Shown: piece by piece, positions 17,833 to 26,734 of the stretch
How the letters are laid out: every line of letters begins with the position of its first letter
How positions within the stretch are numbered: the first letter of the stretch is position 1
Virus record (IMG/VR): IMGVR_UViG_3300020043_000309
Span: 1 to 44,155 of that record
Origin: a virus
Taxonomy: Duplodnaviria; Caudoviricetes
Length of the DNA: 44,155 nucleotides
Direction: 5' to 3' (one strand)
Notes under the pieces: model-generated
The model's input: the letters and a program-made list of their open reading frames with translations, nothing else
Database searches by the model: none
What the model was told of the DNA's origin: nothing
Translations under genes and position numbers: made by a program

Positions 17833-19053
17833 ATGGCACAGGTTGGCTTTACCCCTCTTCTGATCTACGGCAGTGGAACCAATGGCAACACGCCATCCGC
17901 AGGGAACCTGACCACGAGCGCATCTGGCGTAGAGCTGGCTATCAACTACTTCGACGGGAAGTTGTTCTACAAGGATAACGCTGGTGTAGTTCAAGTCCTG
18001 GCCACAAAGGCTACAGGGTCAATTGGCGGCAGCAACACTCAGGTTCAGTACAACAGCAGCGGGGCCTTAGCGGGCTCCGCAAACCTGACGTTTGATGGGA
18101 CTACGCTGACGGCCAATGCGCTGACGCTGACGAGTGCCTTGACCACGGCCAATGGGGGCACCGGGCTTTCCTCATTTACTGCTGGCGACATCACATACTA
18201 CGCCACAGGAACGGCGCTCACGAAGCTCGCTATCGGGGCTACAGGGCGTTATCTGTCAAGCAGTGGGACAGCACCTCAATGGACCGCCCCTGCTGCGCTC
18301 ACAAAAACGGATGACACCAACGTCACGTTGACACTTGGTGGGAGTGCGGCCACGGCTCTGTTGAATGCCGCGTCAATCACCGCTGGATGGACTGGCCAAC
18401 TTTCTATTGCCAGAGGCGGTACGAATGCTACGGATATCCCCACTGCCGGGGCTGTTGCATATGGAACCGGAACCGCATACGCCTTTACGAGTGCTGGATC
18501 TTCTGGCCAACCGCTGTTGAGCGGTGGTGTTGGTGTTCCTACTTTTGGGACGCTGGCCACAGGTGCAGGCGGGACTGGGTTGACTTCCTATACGGCAGGA
18601 GACTTGATCTATTACGCTGCTGGCACGGCATTTACCAAGCTAGGTATTGGGGCGTCAACGACCATCCTGACCAGCACTGGTAGCGCTCCTCAATGGAGCA
18701 CGGCTTCTGGGATCACGGTAGGGACAGCCACAAACCTTGCAGGAGGCACGGGCGGATCTGTCCCGTACCAGTCGAGTGCAGGGGCGACGACCTTCCTGGG
18801 GATTGGGTCGAGTACCTTCCTTTTGACTTCAACAGGGTCTGCGCCTCAGTGGTCAAACCCTACAGGCGTGACAGTTGGGACGGCCACAAATGCCGTGAAC
18901 ATTGGGGTTACGGCCAACGCTACGAATGCAACCAATTATTTGACGTTTGTATCAAACACAACAGGTAATTTACCGCAACTTGTTAACTCATCAATCTCGT
19001 GCAATCCGAGTACCGGGAGTATCACTGGCGGTATTTCTGCTGGTACTTTCTAA
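17833..19053 (+). CDS. Fibre protein with Mtd-N-like N-terminal domain and GGTG repeats
   Basis: ELAINYFDGKLFYKD; repeated GGTGL..YTAGD..Y / LTSTGSAPQW units; ends AGTF. Confidence 0.75.
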   Translation: MAQVGFTPLLIYGSGTNGNTPSAGNLTTSASGVELAINYFDGKLFYKDNAGVVQVLATKATGSIGGSNTQVQYNSSGALAGSANLTFDGTTLTANALTLTSALTTANGGTGLSSFTAGDITYYATGTALTKLAIGATGRYLSSSGTAPQWTAPAALTKTDDTNVTLTLGGSAATALLNAASITAGWTGQLSIARGGTNATDIPTAGAVAYGTGTAYAFTSAGSSGQPLLSGGVGVPTFGTLATGAGGTGLTSYTAGDLIYYAAGTAFTKLGIGASTTILTSTGSAPQWSTASGITVGTATNLAGGTGGSVPYQSSAGATTFLGIGSSTFLLTSTGSAPQWSNPTGVTVGTATNAVNIGVTANATNATNYLTFVSNTTGNLPQLVNSSISCNPSTGSITGGISAGTF

Positions 19054-19062
19054 GGAACTGAA

Positions 19063-20430
19063 ATGCCTCAGACCAATTACACTCCGATCCTGATTTACGC
19101 CAGTGGCACGACTGGTAACACGCCTTCTGCAAGTAACCTGACGAACAGTTCCGGTGGATCGGAAATCGCCATCAACTACTTTGATGGCAAGCTGTTCTAC
19201 AAGGACAACGCTAATGTGGTGCAGGTTTTGGCCTCAAAGGCTACTGCAACGATAGGCGGCAGCAACACCCAGGTTCAATTCAATAGCTCAGGTTCGCTAG
19301 CTGGTTCCGCGAATTTGACGTTCAATGGCACCACGCTGAGCGCGACGGCTGTTCAGGTCGACAACCTGAACCTCGATGCCAACACCATCAGCAGCACGAA
19401 CACCAACGGCAGCATTCTCATCACGCCGAACGGTACCGGCCGCACGACAGTCACGAACCTGACTACCACCTCACCGCGCATCGTCACCGGCATCAACGAC
19501 ACCAACGGGAACGAGTTGTTCTTGTTCACTGCCACGGCCTCGGCGGTCAATGAGGTGACGTTGGCGAATGCTGCAGCGGGAAGTGCCCCTACGTTCACTG
19601 CGTCGGGCGGCGATACCAACATCGACTTGGTTGTTGCTGCAAAGGGTACGGGACAGGTCAAGGAAACAGTAGCCAGCGCGAACTGGGCTCTTGCTAGTCA
19701 GTACGACGTAGGCACCGAGCCAAACGACATCCCGGTCAACGGCTACCTTGGCTCAATGGCGTATCAGGACGCTTCGTATGTGTCCGTTGTGCAGCTTAAC
19801 GCCGGGACGGTGAATGCGACGACCCTTCAAGAGCAAGGAAGACCTGCAGTCACCAGCGCGGACGTTGGCACCGGGGCAAACCAAATCCCGCTGAACCAGT
19901 ACCTTGGCGCTCTGGCGTATCAGGACAGTATCTCAACGCTTCTGGCCCCGAGCGGCGGCATTACGCTGGGCACGGGAACCATCTGCAAGGGCACGTTTGA
20001 AAACAATGACGGCGTCAAAAGCGCAACGATCATTCTTGATCTGACGGGCTTGACTGACGGGGGTACGGCTGGGGACATCATTGGCAGCACAAGCACCTCG
20101 ATTGACGCTACAAAACAGCCCGCGTTCATTGCGCGGTTGCCGGTGGCGTTCACCGTGTTGGGCGGGCGTATGACCTGCTTGGAGGCTCCGGCAGGGGGTG
20201 GCACTGACATCGACCTCTATAGCGCCACAGAGGGCACCGGGGTTCAAGACAGCGCCATTACCGCGTTGACAGAGACGCAGATAGTCAACGGTGGCGTGCA
20301 AGCACTGGGGACTGTTTCATACTTCATTGCCGACCCAGCGGCTCAGTCTTACCTGTACATGGTGAGCCAAGGCACGGGAGCAGCCACGTATACGGCAGGG
20401 CGCTTCTTGATCGAAATCTTTGGAGTTTAA
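19063..20430 (+). CDS. Fibre protein with an N-terminus paralogous to 17833..19053
   Basis: First ~92 aa highly similar to the preceding gene; internal duplicated DVGT..N.IP.N.YLG..AYQD. Confidence 0.75.
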   Translation: MPQTNYTPILIYASGTTGNTPSASNLTNSSGGSEIAINYFDGKLFYKDNANVVQVLASKATATIGGSNTQVQFNSSGSLAGSANLTFNGTTLSATAVQVDNLNLDANTISSTNTNGSILITPNGTGRTTVTNLTTTSPRIVTGINDTNGNELFLFTATASAVNEVTLANAAAGSAPTFTASGGDTNIDLVVAAKGTGQVKETVASANWALASQYDVGTEPNDIPVNGYLGSMAYQDASYVSVVQLNAGTVNATTLQEQGRPAVTSADVGTGANQIPLNQYLGALAYQDSISTLLAPSGGITLGTGTICKGTFENNDGVKSATIILDLTGLTDGGTAGDIIGSTSTSIDATKQPAFIARLPVAFTVLGGRMTCLEAPAGGGTDIDLYSATEGTGVQDSAITALTETQIVNGGVQALGTVSYFIADPAAQSYLYMVSQGTGAATYTAGRFLIEIFGV

Positions 20431-20432
20431 TC

Positions 20433-21647
20433 ATGAGCGTGTTGAATCTGTACCCAACCGTTAGACCCACACTGTCGTTTGATTTTGTAAACGCTGGGGT
20501 GCTTGATCCTTCGGTCACGTTCACTCGTCCGACCAGCGCGACGTATTTTGACGAGACGGGCATCCTGCGGGTTGCTAATCCAAACACGCCACGCTTCGAC
20601 TACAACCCATCGACGCTTGCTGCACAGGGCTTTTTGATTGAGGAGTCCCGCACCAATTTAGCGCTGCAAAGCGAAGATTTTGCAACGACTTGGACCGTCA
20701 CTGGCGCTACTGTTTCAGCAAATGCTACCAGCGCACCGTCTGGCACTACTACGGCTGACAAACTTCAAGAAGATACGTCAACAGGTTCTCATTTAGTCAC
20801 TCAAAACATTACGTTTACTGCCGCTTCTCACACAGCGTCAATTTTTGCAAAAAAAGCAGAACGTGACTGGATACGAGTGTTGTTTTTTGACGGGACAAAT
20901 ACTTTTAGCGCATTTTTTAATCTGAACACTGGCACCGTTGGAACAGTAACAGGAACTGGTGCAACAGCTTCAATTCAGAACGTCGGTAATGGCTGGTACA
21001 GGTGCGCTGTTACGGCTACCGCTTCGGCTGGATCGGGGTCTTTTGCTCCGCGTGTAGCGCTGGCAGACAACAACAGTTCATACGCAGGCTCAACTGGCTC
21101 TGGCATCTTCATCTGGGGCGCTCAACTCGAAGCCGGCGCTTTCCCAACTTCGTACATCCCCACCACGACCACAGCCCTCACGCGCTCTGCTGATGTGGCG
21201 TCGGTGAATACGCTGAGCCCTTGGTTTAATAGTGTGGCTGGGACGTTGTATTCTGAGTCTCAACTGACCCGGCAAAACGCAACAGCCGGTTTGAATACAT
21301 TTTACATTTGGGACACCGGCACTTCTGAAATTAAAACTTTTTACAGGGCTTCTGGGGCCACTGGAGCGGCGGTAATTTCTTCTAGTTCACTTCAAGCTGA
21401 CTTGACGCCGACGGCGGTAATACCGGCCAATACTATTACTAAGTTGGCGCTTGCTTATGCAGCAAATGATTTTGCTGCTTCAGGCAATGGAGGTGCCGCA
21501 GTAACTGATACAGCAGGAACGGTCCCGTCTGGGTTATCTCAGGTACTTCTTGGTGGCCCATCTGGCATTCTCAACGGCTACCTCCGCCGCATCACCTACT
21601 ACCCCGTGCGTCTGACCAACGCTCAGTTGCAAAACCTCACCGCCTAA
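20433..21647 (+). CDS. Spike/fibre protein with carbohydrate-binding and LamG-like domains
   Basis: TFTRPTSATY..PRFDY..GFLIEESRTN, GNGWYRC, WGAQLEAGAFPTSYIPT, C-terminal RRITYYPVRLTNAQLQNLT. Confidence 0.75.
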   Translation: MSVLNLYPTVRPTLSFDFVNAGVLDPSVTFTRPTSATYFDETGILRVANPNTPRFDYNPSTLAAQGFLIEESRTNLALQSEDFATTWTVTGATVSANATSAPSGTTTADKLQEDTSTGSHLVTQNITFTAASHTASIFAKKAERDWIRVLFFDGTNTFSAFFNLNTGTVGTVTGTGATASIQNVGNGWYRCAVTATASAGSGSFAPRVALADNNSSYAGSTGSGIFIWGAQLEAGAFPTSYIPTTTTALTRSADVASVNTLSPWFNSVAGTLYSESQLTRQNATAGLNTFYIWDTGTSEIKTFYRASGATGAAVISSSSLQADLTPTAVIPANTITKLALAYAANDFAASGNGGAAVTDTAGTVPSGLSQVLLGGPSGILNGYLRRITYYPVRLTNAQLQNLTA

Positions 21648-21659
21648 CGGGAGCAAACG

Positions 21660-23135
21660 ATGTCTCTTTCTGCAAACTTCCCAACCACGCGCCCGTCGCT
21701 GCTGTTGGATTTCGTCAACTCCGGGCAGATGGACCCGAGGATCACGTTCTCTCGTGCAAGTGGGGCAACGTGGTTCAACTCAGCGGGCACGCTGATTGGC
21801 GTGGATGCCAGCAGCACCAGCCTGACGGTGGGCACGGGCCAGCAGACGTTGACTTTGACGGCGACGGCGGGAGTGGATCGAGGCTGGATTGTGGGCACCT
21901 CGGTGCTGCTTTCTGCCAGCACGGTTACTAACACGATGACGGGCGTTGTGGTGAGCTACACCGCGTCTACACAGGTGTTGGTGGTGAACGTGGCTTCCGT
22001 GGTTGGGTCGGGCACTTACTCAACGTGGCAGGTGAGCAACCTGATGCCTCGTCTGGACTACAACCCCAGCACGCTGGCGGCTCAGGGGCTGCTGATTGAG
22101 GAGTCTCGCACCAACAGCATCCGCAACAACACGATGCAGGGTGCGGCTGCGGGGACGCCGGGGACGTTGCCGACGAATTGGCTTACTTTCACCACGTTGA
22201 CCGGGTTGACGCGACAAATTGTTGGAACCGGTACTGAAAACGGCATTACTTACATCGATATTCGATTGAGTGGCACGCCAAGCGCGGCAGGAAGTTTTTC
22301 AATAGGTCCGGATTTACCTAATGTAATTGCTGCTGCATCTGGGCAAACTTGGGTTTCTTCGTACTATTTGAAATTAGCGGCAGGAAGTTTGACGGGCGTT
22401 TCTTCAACAACAGTTAGTGTTGATGAATACAACTCTGGCGGCAGTTATTTAACTGGTACGTTTACAGCAACGGCAACGTTAACTGGGGCTGCGTTGTCCA
22501 CACAAAGATATTCTGCAACCAGAACTCTTAACCAAGCAACAACAGCGTTTGTTACGACTACAACTATTGTTAATTTAACCGGCGCAGCCATCGACATCAC
22601 CCTGCGCATCGGCCTGCCCCAGCTAGAGCAGGGCGCGTTTGCCACCTCCGTCATCCCCACCACCACCACCGCGCTGACCCGTGCAGCCGATGTGGCTTCA
22701 GTGAATACGCTGAGTCCTTGGTTTAATGCGAGTGCTGGCACTTTCTTCATAGAGGCGGCGCTTGCAACCGTTTCAAGTTACCGGCCTATTGCTCAAGTTG
22801 ACGATGGAGCAACAAACAATCGTATTTATTACGATTGCAACTCTGGCCCTATTCGGGTTGTTTCGACGGTTAGCGGTGTAAATCAATGCTTGATAAATCT
22901 AGCCTCCGTATCTGCCAACACGGTGTTTAAGGTTGCTGGTGGATATTCGTTGAACGATTACGCAGGCTCATTGAACGGTGCGGCTGTAGTAACTGACACC
23001 TCTGCGACTGTCCCAACAGTTGATAGGCTCCGAATGATGTCTGACGGTGTGAATCAAGGCGTGGGCTACCTTCGCCGCATCACCTACTACCCCCGCCGCC
23101 TGAGCAATGCCGAGTTGCAGGCCCTGACGGTATGA
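21660..23135 (+). CDS. Spike/fibre protein, paralog of 20433..21647
   Basis: Same anchor motifs (GLLIEESRTN, QLEQGAFATSVIPT, RRITYYPRRLSNAELQALT) with different intervening domains. Confidence 0.75.
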   Translation: MSLSANFPTTRPSLLLDFVNSGQMDPRITFSRASGATWFNSAGTLIGVDASSTSLTVGTGQQTLTLTATAGVDRGWIVGTSVLLSASTVTNTMTGVVVSYTASTQVLVVNVASVVGSGTYSTWQVSNLMPRLDYNPSTLAAQGLLIEESRTNSIRNNTMQGAAAGTPGTLPTNWLTFTTLTGLTRQIVGTGTENGITYIDIRLSGTPSAAGSFSIGPDLPNVIAAASGQTWVSSYYLKLAAGSLTGVSSTTVSVDEYNSGGSYLTGTFTATATLTGAALSTQRYSATRTLNQATTAFVTTTTIVNLTGAAIDITLRIGLPQLEQGAFATSVIPTTTTALTRAADVASVNTLSPWFNASAGTFFIEAALATVSSYRPIAQVDDGATNNRIYYDCNSGPIRVVSTVSGVNQCLINLASVSANTVFKVAGGYSLNDYAGSLNGAAVVTDTSATVPTVDRLRMMSDGVNQGVGYLRRITYYPRRLSNAELQALTV

Positions 23136-23482
23136 CCTACGACCCCTTCGACCCATTCAACGAGGTGCCCATGTACTTTGACATCTTCCTGAAATTCACC
23201 GACGAAGCCGAGGCCAACGCGGCGCTGTTCACCGAGCAGACCAACGTGCAAGACGATGTGGTCGAGACGGTCTTGGTGCCCAAGTACGCGGCCATTGACG
23301 TCATCGGCACGATCTACAAGCCCACGGGCAACGTGCTGCCTGCCGAGGACGAAAGCGGCGAAGCGGTGGACGAGATGGCCCCGATTGACGGCTGGCATGT
23401 CAACGTGCGCCACACCGCCGAGGCTCCGGAGTTGGACGCCTACAAGGTCGCCCCGAAGGCTCCGGTGCGTGGGTGGGCGTAA
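23132..23482 (+). CDS. Acidic fibre-associated protein (possible assembly chaperone)
   Basis: ATGA overlap with the spike gene; IDVIGTIYKPTG and DGWHVNVR motifs. Confidence 0.6.
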   Translation: MTYDPFDPFNEVPMYFDIFLKFTDEAEANAALFTEQTNVQDDVVETVLVPKYAAIDVIGTIYKPTGNVLPAEDESGEAVDEMAPIDGWHVNVRHTAEAPELDAYKVAPKAPVRGWA

Positions 23483-23485
23483 ATC

Positions 23486-23758
23486 ATGGCTTGGTCAGAC
23501 GTACTGAAAGCGATCATCCCCATCGTGGTGGCCTGTATCGCATGGCTGCTGGGGCAGGTGAACTCTTTCTCTGAGCGGCTGACCAAGATCGAGGGCAATA
23601 TGCCTGCCCTCATCACCTCTACCGGCGTGCCCACTGATAGTCCCATCTCTTCTGAAAAAAGAGCCATCCTCAAAGAGCAGTTGATGAACCACATCAACGA
23701 ACTGCAGGTTAAAGTCAGGCTCCTTGAAGAGCGCGAACGTATCAAAGGAGCCAAGTGA
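23486..23758 (+). CDS. Membrane-anchored coiled-coil protein (lysis module)
   Basis: N-terminal TM segment AIIPIVVACIAWLLG followed by heptads. Confidence 0.6.
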   Translation: MAWSDVLKAIIPIVVACIAWLLGQVNSFSERLTKIEGNMPALITSTGVPTDSPISSEKRAILKEQLMNHINELQVKVRLLEERERIKGAK

Positions 23759-24225
23759 TGCTTGAAGCCCTGTTCTCTTTTCTCGGCGGCTCTGTGTTCC
23801 GCATGGTGTGGGGTGAAGTTAGCGCTTGGTACAACAAGCGCCAGGACCATGTCTTTGAAATTGAGCGCCTTCGCCTTCAAGGCGATCTGGACGCCGCGCA
23901 ACACACCCGCACGCAGGAGATGCTGCGCCTGCAAAACGAGCTTGGCATTCAGATGGTGGAGGCCAAGGCCGAAGCCGACATCGGTGTAGAAGAGGCAGAA
24001 GCCTTCACCAAGGCGATGCAGAATGCGTTCAAGCCCACGGGCTGGGCTTTCGTTGACATTTGGAACGGCATCATCCGCCCTGCTGCTGCTACCATCGCGC
24101 TAGCGCTTTGGATTCTGAAGCTCAACTCTCAGAACTGGCTGATGCAAGAGTGGGACATCACGCTGGCGGGGACGGTGCTGGGTTTTTTCTTTGCGGATCG
24201 GAGCCTTGGCAAGCGTGGAAAGTAA
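23755..24225 (+). CDS. Holin-like membrane protein
   Basis: Hydrophobic N-terminus, coiled coil, IRP motif, two C-terminal TM segments ending FFFADRSLGKRGK; directly upstream of the lysozyme. Confidence 0.6.
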   Translation: MMLEALFSFLGGSVFRMVWGEVSAWYNKRQDHVFEIERLRLQGDLDAAQHTRTQEMLRLQNELGIQMVEAKAEADIGVEEAEAFTKAMQNAFKPTGWAFVDIWNGIIRPAAATIALALWILKLNSQNWLMQEWDITLAGTVLGFFFADRSLGKRGK

Positions 24226-24667
24226 GGCTGTACAGGTGGCACGAGATCTATGTCTCGTCTTTGAGGGGTGCTACCTCAGGCCCTACCTTTGCCCTGCCAA
24301 CGTCCCGACGATTGGTGTTGGAAGCACGTTCTACGAAAATGGCACGCGTGTATCGCTTGCTGATCCTGCGATCTCTCGTGAAAGAGCGATGGCGTTACTA
24401 GAGTGGGAACTGAACCATTGCCTGCCCAAGGTGTGCAGACTGTGCCCAACACTTAAAGATTGGGGTGAACAAGCCACGGGTGCCATTCTCGACTTCGCTT
24501 TTAATTGCGGAACAGGCGCACTGCAAAGCAGCACACTTCGTAAGTGCATCAACGCTGATGACCCGGACGGCGCTAAGACAGAACTGATGAAGTGGGTGCG
24601 CGGTGGCGGCAAGGTACTGCCCGGTCTGGTCAAGCGTAGAGCCGCAGAGATTGCTTTGCTGGGGTAA
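24215..24667 (+). CDS. Endolysin, GH24 lysozyme
   Basis: FEGCYLRPYLCPANVPTIGVGST (E-x8-C-x5-T), DFAFNCG, SSTLRK, KWVRGGGKVLPGLVKRRAAE. Start GTG 24215 is inferred. Confidence 0.92.
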   Translation: MESKAVQVARDLCLVFEGCYLRPYLCPANVPTIGVGSTFYENGTRVSLADPAISRERAMALLEWELNHCLPKVCRLCPTLKDWGEQATGAILDFAFNCGTGALQSSTLRKCINADDPDGAKTELMKWVRGGGKVLPGLVKRRAAEIALLG

Positions 24668-24681
24668 CCAAGGGGTTAATA

Positions 24682-24858
24682 ATGAAGCGCGAAAAACCTG
24701 TTTGGGACAAACCCCGGCCTAGTCGTCTGGAAGAGTCTAAGCCCCTAACTTCAAAGCAGAAGACGTCTGCCAAGCAAAGAGCCAGAGCCTCTGGTCGGCC
24801 CTACCCAAACTTGATAGACAACATGGCCGCGGCTAAGAAAAGGCAAGGAGGTTGGTGA
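24682..24858 (+). CDS. Small basic protein (MKREKPVWDKPRP...GRPYPNLIDNMAAAKKRQGGW)
   Basis: 58 aa read by hand; TGATG-coupled to the next gene. Confidence 0.7.
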   Translation: MKREKPVWDKPRPSRLEESKPLTSKQKTSAKQRARASGRPYPNLIDNMAAAKKRQGGW

Positions 24859-25493
24859 TGACTACCGCTGCCGTAATGACGTATTCCAGCTTGGCTGCTG
24901 ACATTGAGTCATATCTGGAGCGCACTGATACCGCGACCATTCAGAAGATTCCAACCTTCATCATGCTGGCCGAGCAAGTCTTGGCGGCTGATCTGAAGTT
25001 TCTCGGGAACCTTACTGTGGCCACCTCAAACATGGTTCAGGGTCAAGCCACTATTGATAAGCCGGCTCGGTGGCGCAAGACTGTCTCAATGAACGTCACT
25101 GTCAATGGGCAGAGACAACCTGTGCTACTTCGCAAGTACGAATACCTGCGGGAGTATTGGCCTGATCCCACACAGGAAGACGCTCCTAAGTATTACTGCG
25201 ACTACGACTACACGCACTGGTTAGTTGCGCCGACCCCGGATGACGACTATTCCTACGAGGTTCTGTACTACGAGCGTTTGGCGCCTCTAGACACCTCAAA
25301 TCAGTCAAACTGGTTCACGCAGTACGCTCCCCAGGCCCTTCTGTATGGCTCTCTTTTGCAGGCGATGCCGTTCCTAAAGAACGACGAAAGAATGGGCATG
25401 TGGCAGGCGCAATATGATCAAATCGTCAATGTCCTGAAGACGGAAGACACGCTCAGGATTGGCGATAGGCAAGCTGTTGCGAAGGATTCCTGA
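24858..25493 (+). CDS. Putative head-tail connector / tail tubular protein A-like
   Basis: TYSSLAADIESYLER...IPTFIMLAEQ, APTPD..Y, NWFTQYAPQALLYGSLLQAMPFLKNDER. Confidence 0.65.
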   Translation: MTTAAVMTYSSLAADIESYLERTDTATIQKIPTFIMLAEQVLAADLKFLGNLTVATSNMVQGQATIDKPARWRKTVSMNVTVNGQRQPVLLRKYEYLREYWPDPTQEDAPKYYCDYDYTHWLVAPTPDDDYSYEVLYYERLAPLDTSNQSNWFTQYAPQALLYGSLLQAMPFLKNDERMGMWQAQYDQIVNVLKTEDTLRIGDRQAVAKDS

Positions 25494-26734
25494 TGAGCTT
25501 CAATAGCCCCTTCGATGGAAACGTGATCCAGCCGGTTGACGTTTCTTATCGCAGCATCACCCTGTCGGCCAATACGACTCTTTCGTGGCCTATCAACGGT
25601 AACGCGACAGATAACTACGCTGCGCGGATCATGGACGTTACGGCGACTGCTGGGTCGCTGCAACTGGCCATGCCGCCCGCTAATCAGGCTTCTGTTGGTC
25701 AAGATGCCCTGATTCGCAACATTGGCGCAAACACCTTTGTTGTTACGGACTACGCTGGTAATACGATTGTTTCGATTGCTGCCAGCGAAGCAAAGTACAT
25801 CTACATCAAGACCAATGCTACTACCGCGGGAACGTGGGGGATCATTGCGTTTGGTGTAGGAACGTCTAACGCTGATGCCTCGACGCTTGCGGGGTATGGC
25901 CTCAAAGCAATCAGCAACACGCTGAATTCTGCTTTCCCTGTAAATACGTTCTCTTCCAACTACACCGCAGCAGCTGCAGATCGAGCCAGCACTTATGTGT
26001 GGACTGCTGGCGCAGGAACGCTGACGCTGCCGGTAGCCACTACGGTTGGCGACGATTGGTACTTTTTGGTTCGCAATGGCGGGACAGGGACGCTGGCGGT
26101 TACCCCCCCTGGGGGAACGCTGATCAATGAATCTGCGAGCCTTGATATGCAGCCTGCAGACTCATGCTTGATTGCATGCTCAGGAACTGCGTACTACACA
26201 GTTGGCCTTGGGAAGAGCACGCAGTTCAATTTCACGCAGTTGACGAAGGCCGTTACAAGCGGCGCTTACTCGTTGACTGCGGCAGAGGCTTCAAACCCAA
26301 TCCAGAAGTACACCGGGACTCTTACGGGCAATGTGACAGTCACTTTGCCTCAGACGATTCAGGTCTACTACGTTACTAACCAGACTGATGGAACTGGTTC
26401 CGGATATACCATTACCTTTACTACCGGCGTTTCTGGTGGAGGTACAGCCATTATTCCTGCGGGCCAGCAGGTGATCTTGCTATGCGACTCAGTTAATCTT
26501 CTGAATGCGTCAACGATTGCTGCCGGTGCGTCTGTTCTGTCACTTGACAACGGTAGCGCAGGAGCCCCGTCGCTGTACTTCGCAAGCGAAACATCTACTG
26601 GCATGTATCGGCCCGGGTCTGGTGAGATCGGAATGACTGTTTTGGGGGCCAAGAGATTTGGCCTAACGGCTACTGGATTGACTATCACAGGAACGGGTGT
26701 CTTCGCAAGCGGCGTTCAAGGCGGTGCCTTCTGA
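25493..26734 (+). CDS. Tail/fibre-base protein
   Basis: T/A/G-rich beta protein; GSAGAPSLYFASETSTGMYRPG; ends GGAF. Confidence 0.65.
   Translation: MSFNSPFDGNVIQPVDVSYRSITLSANTTLSWPINGNATDNYAARIMDVTATAGSLQLAMPPANQASVGQDALIRNIGANTFVVTDYAGNTIVSIAASEAKYIYIKTNATTAGTWGIIAFGVGTSNADASTLAGYGLKAISNTLNSAFPVNTFSSNYTAAAADRASTYVWTAGAGTLTLPVATTVGDDWYFLVRNGGTGTLAVTPPGGTLINESASLDMQPADSCLIACSGTAYYTVGLGKSTQFNFTQLTKAVTSGAYSLTAAEASNPIQKYTGTLTGNVTVTLPQTIQVYYVTNQTDGTGSGYTITFTTGVSGGGTAIIPAGQQVILLCDSVNLLNASTIAAGASVLSLDNGSAGAPSLYFASETSTGMYRPGSGEIGMTVLGAKRFGLTATGLTITGTGVFASGVQGGAF

Noticed and set aside
20592-23093. Diversity-generating retroelement TR/VR pair
   Set aside because: No reverse transcriptase in the window; mismatches are not adenine-specific; both copies are coding.
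23755-23763. Holin dual-start motif (GTG-ATG)
   Set aside because: No intervening Lys/Arg as in lambda S; explained by overlap with the upstream stop.
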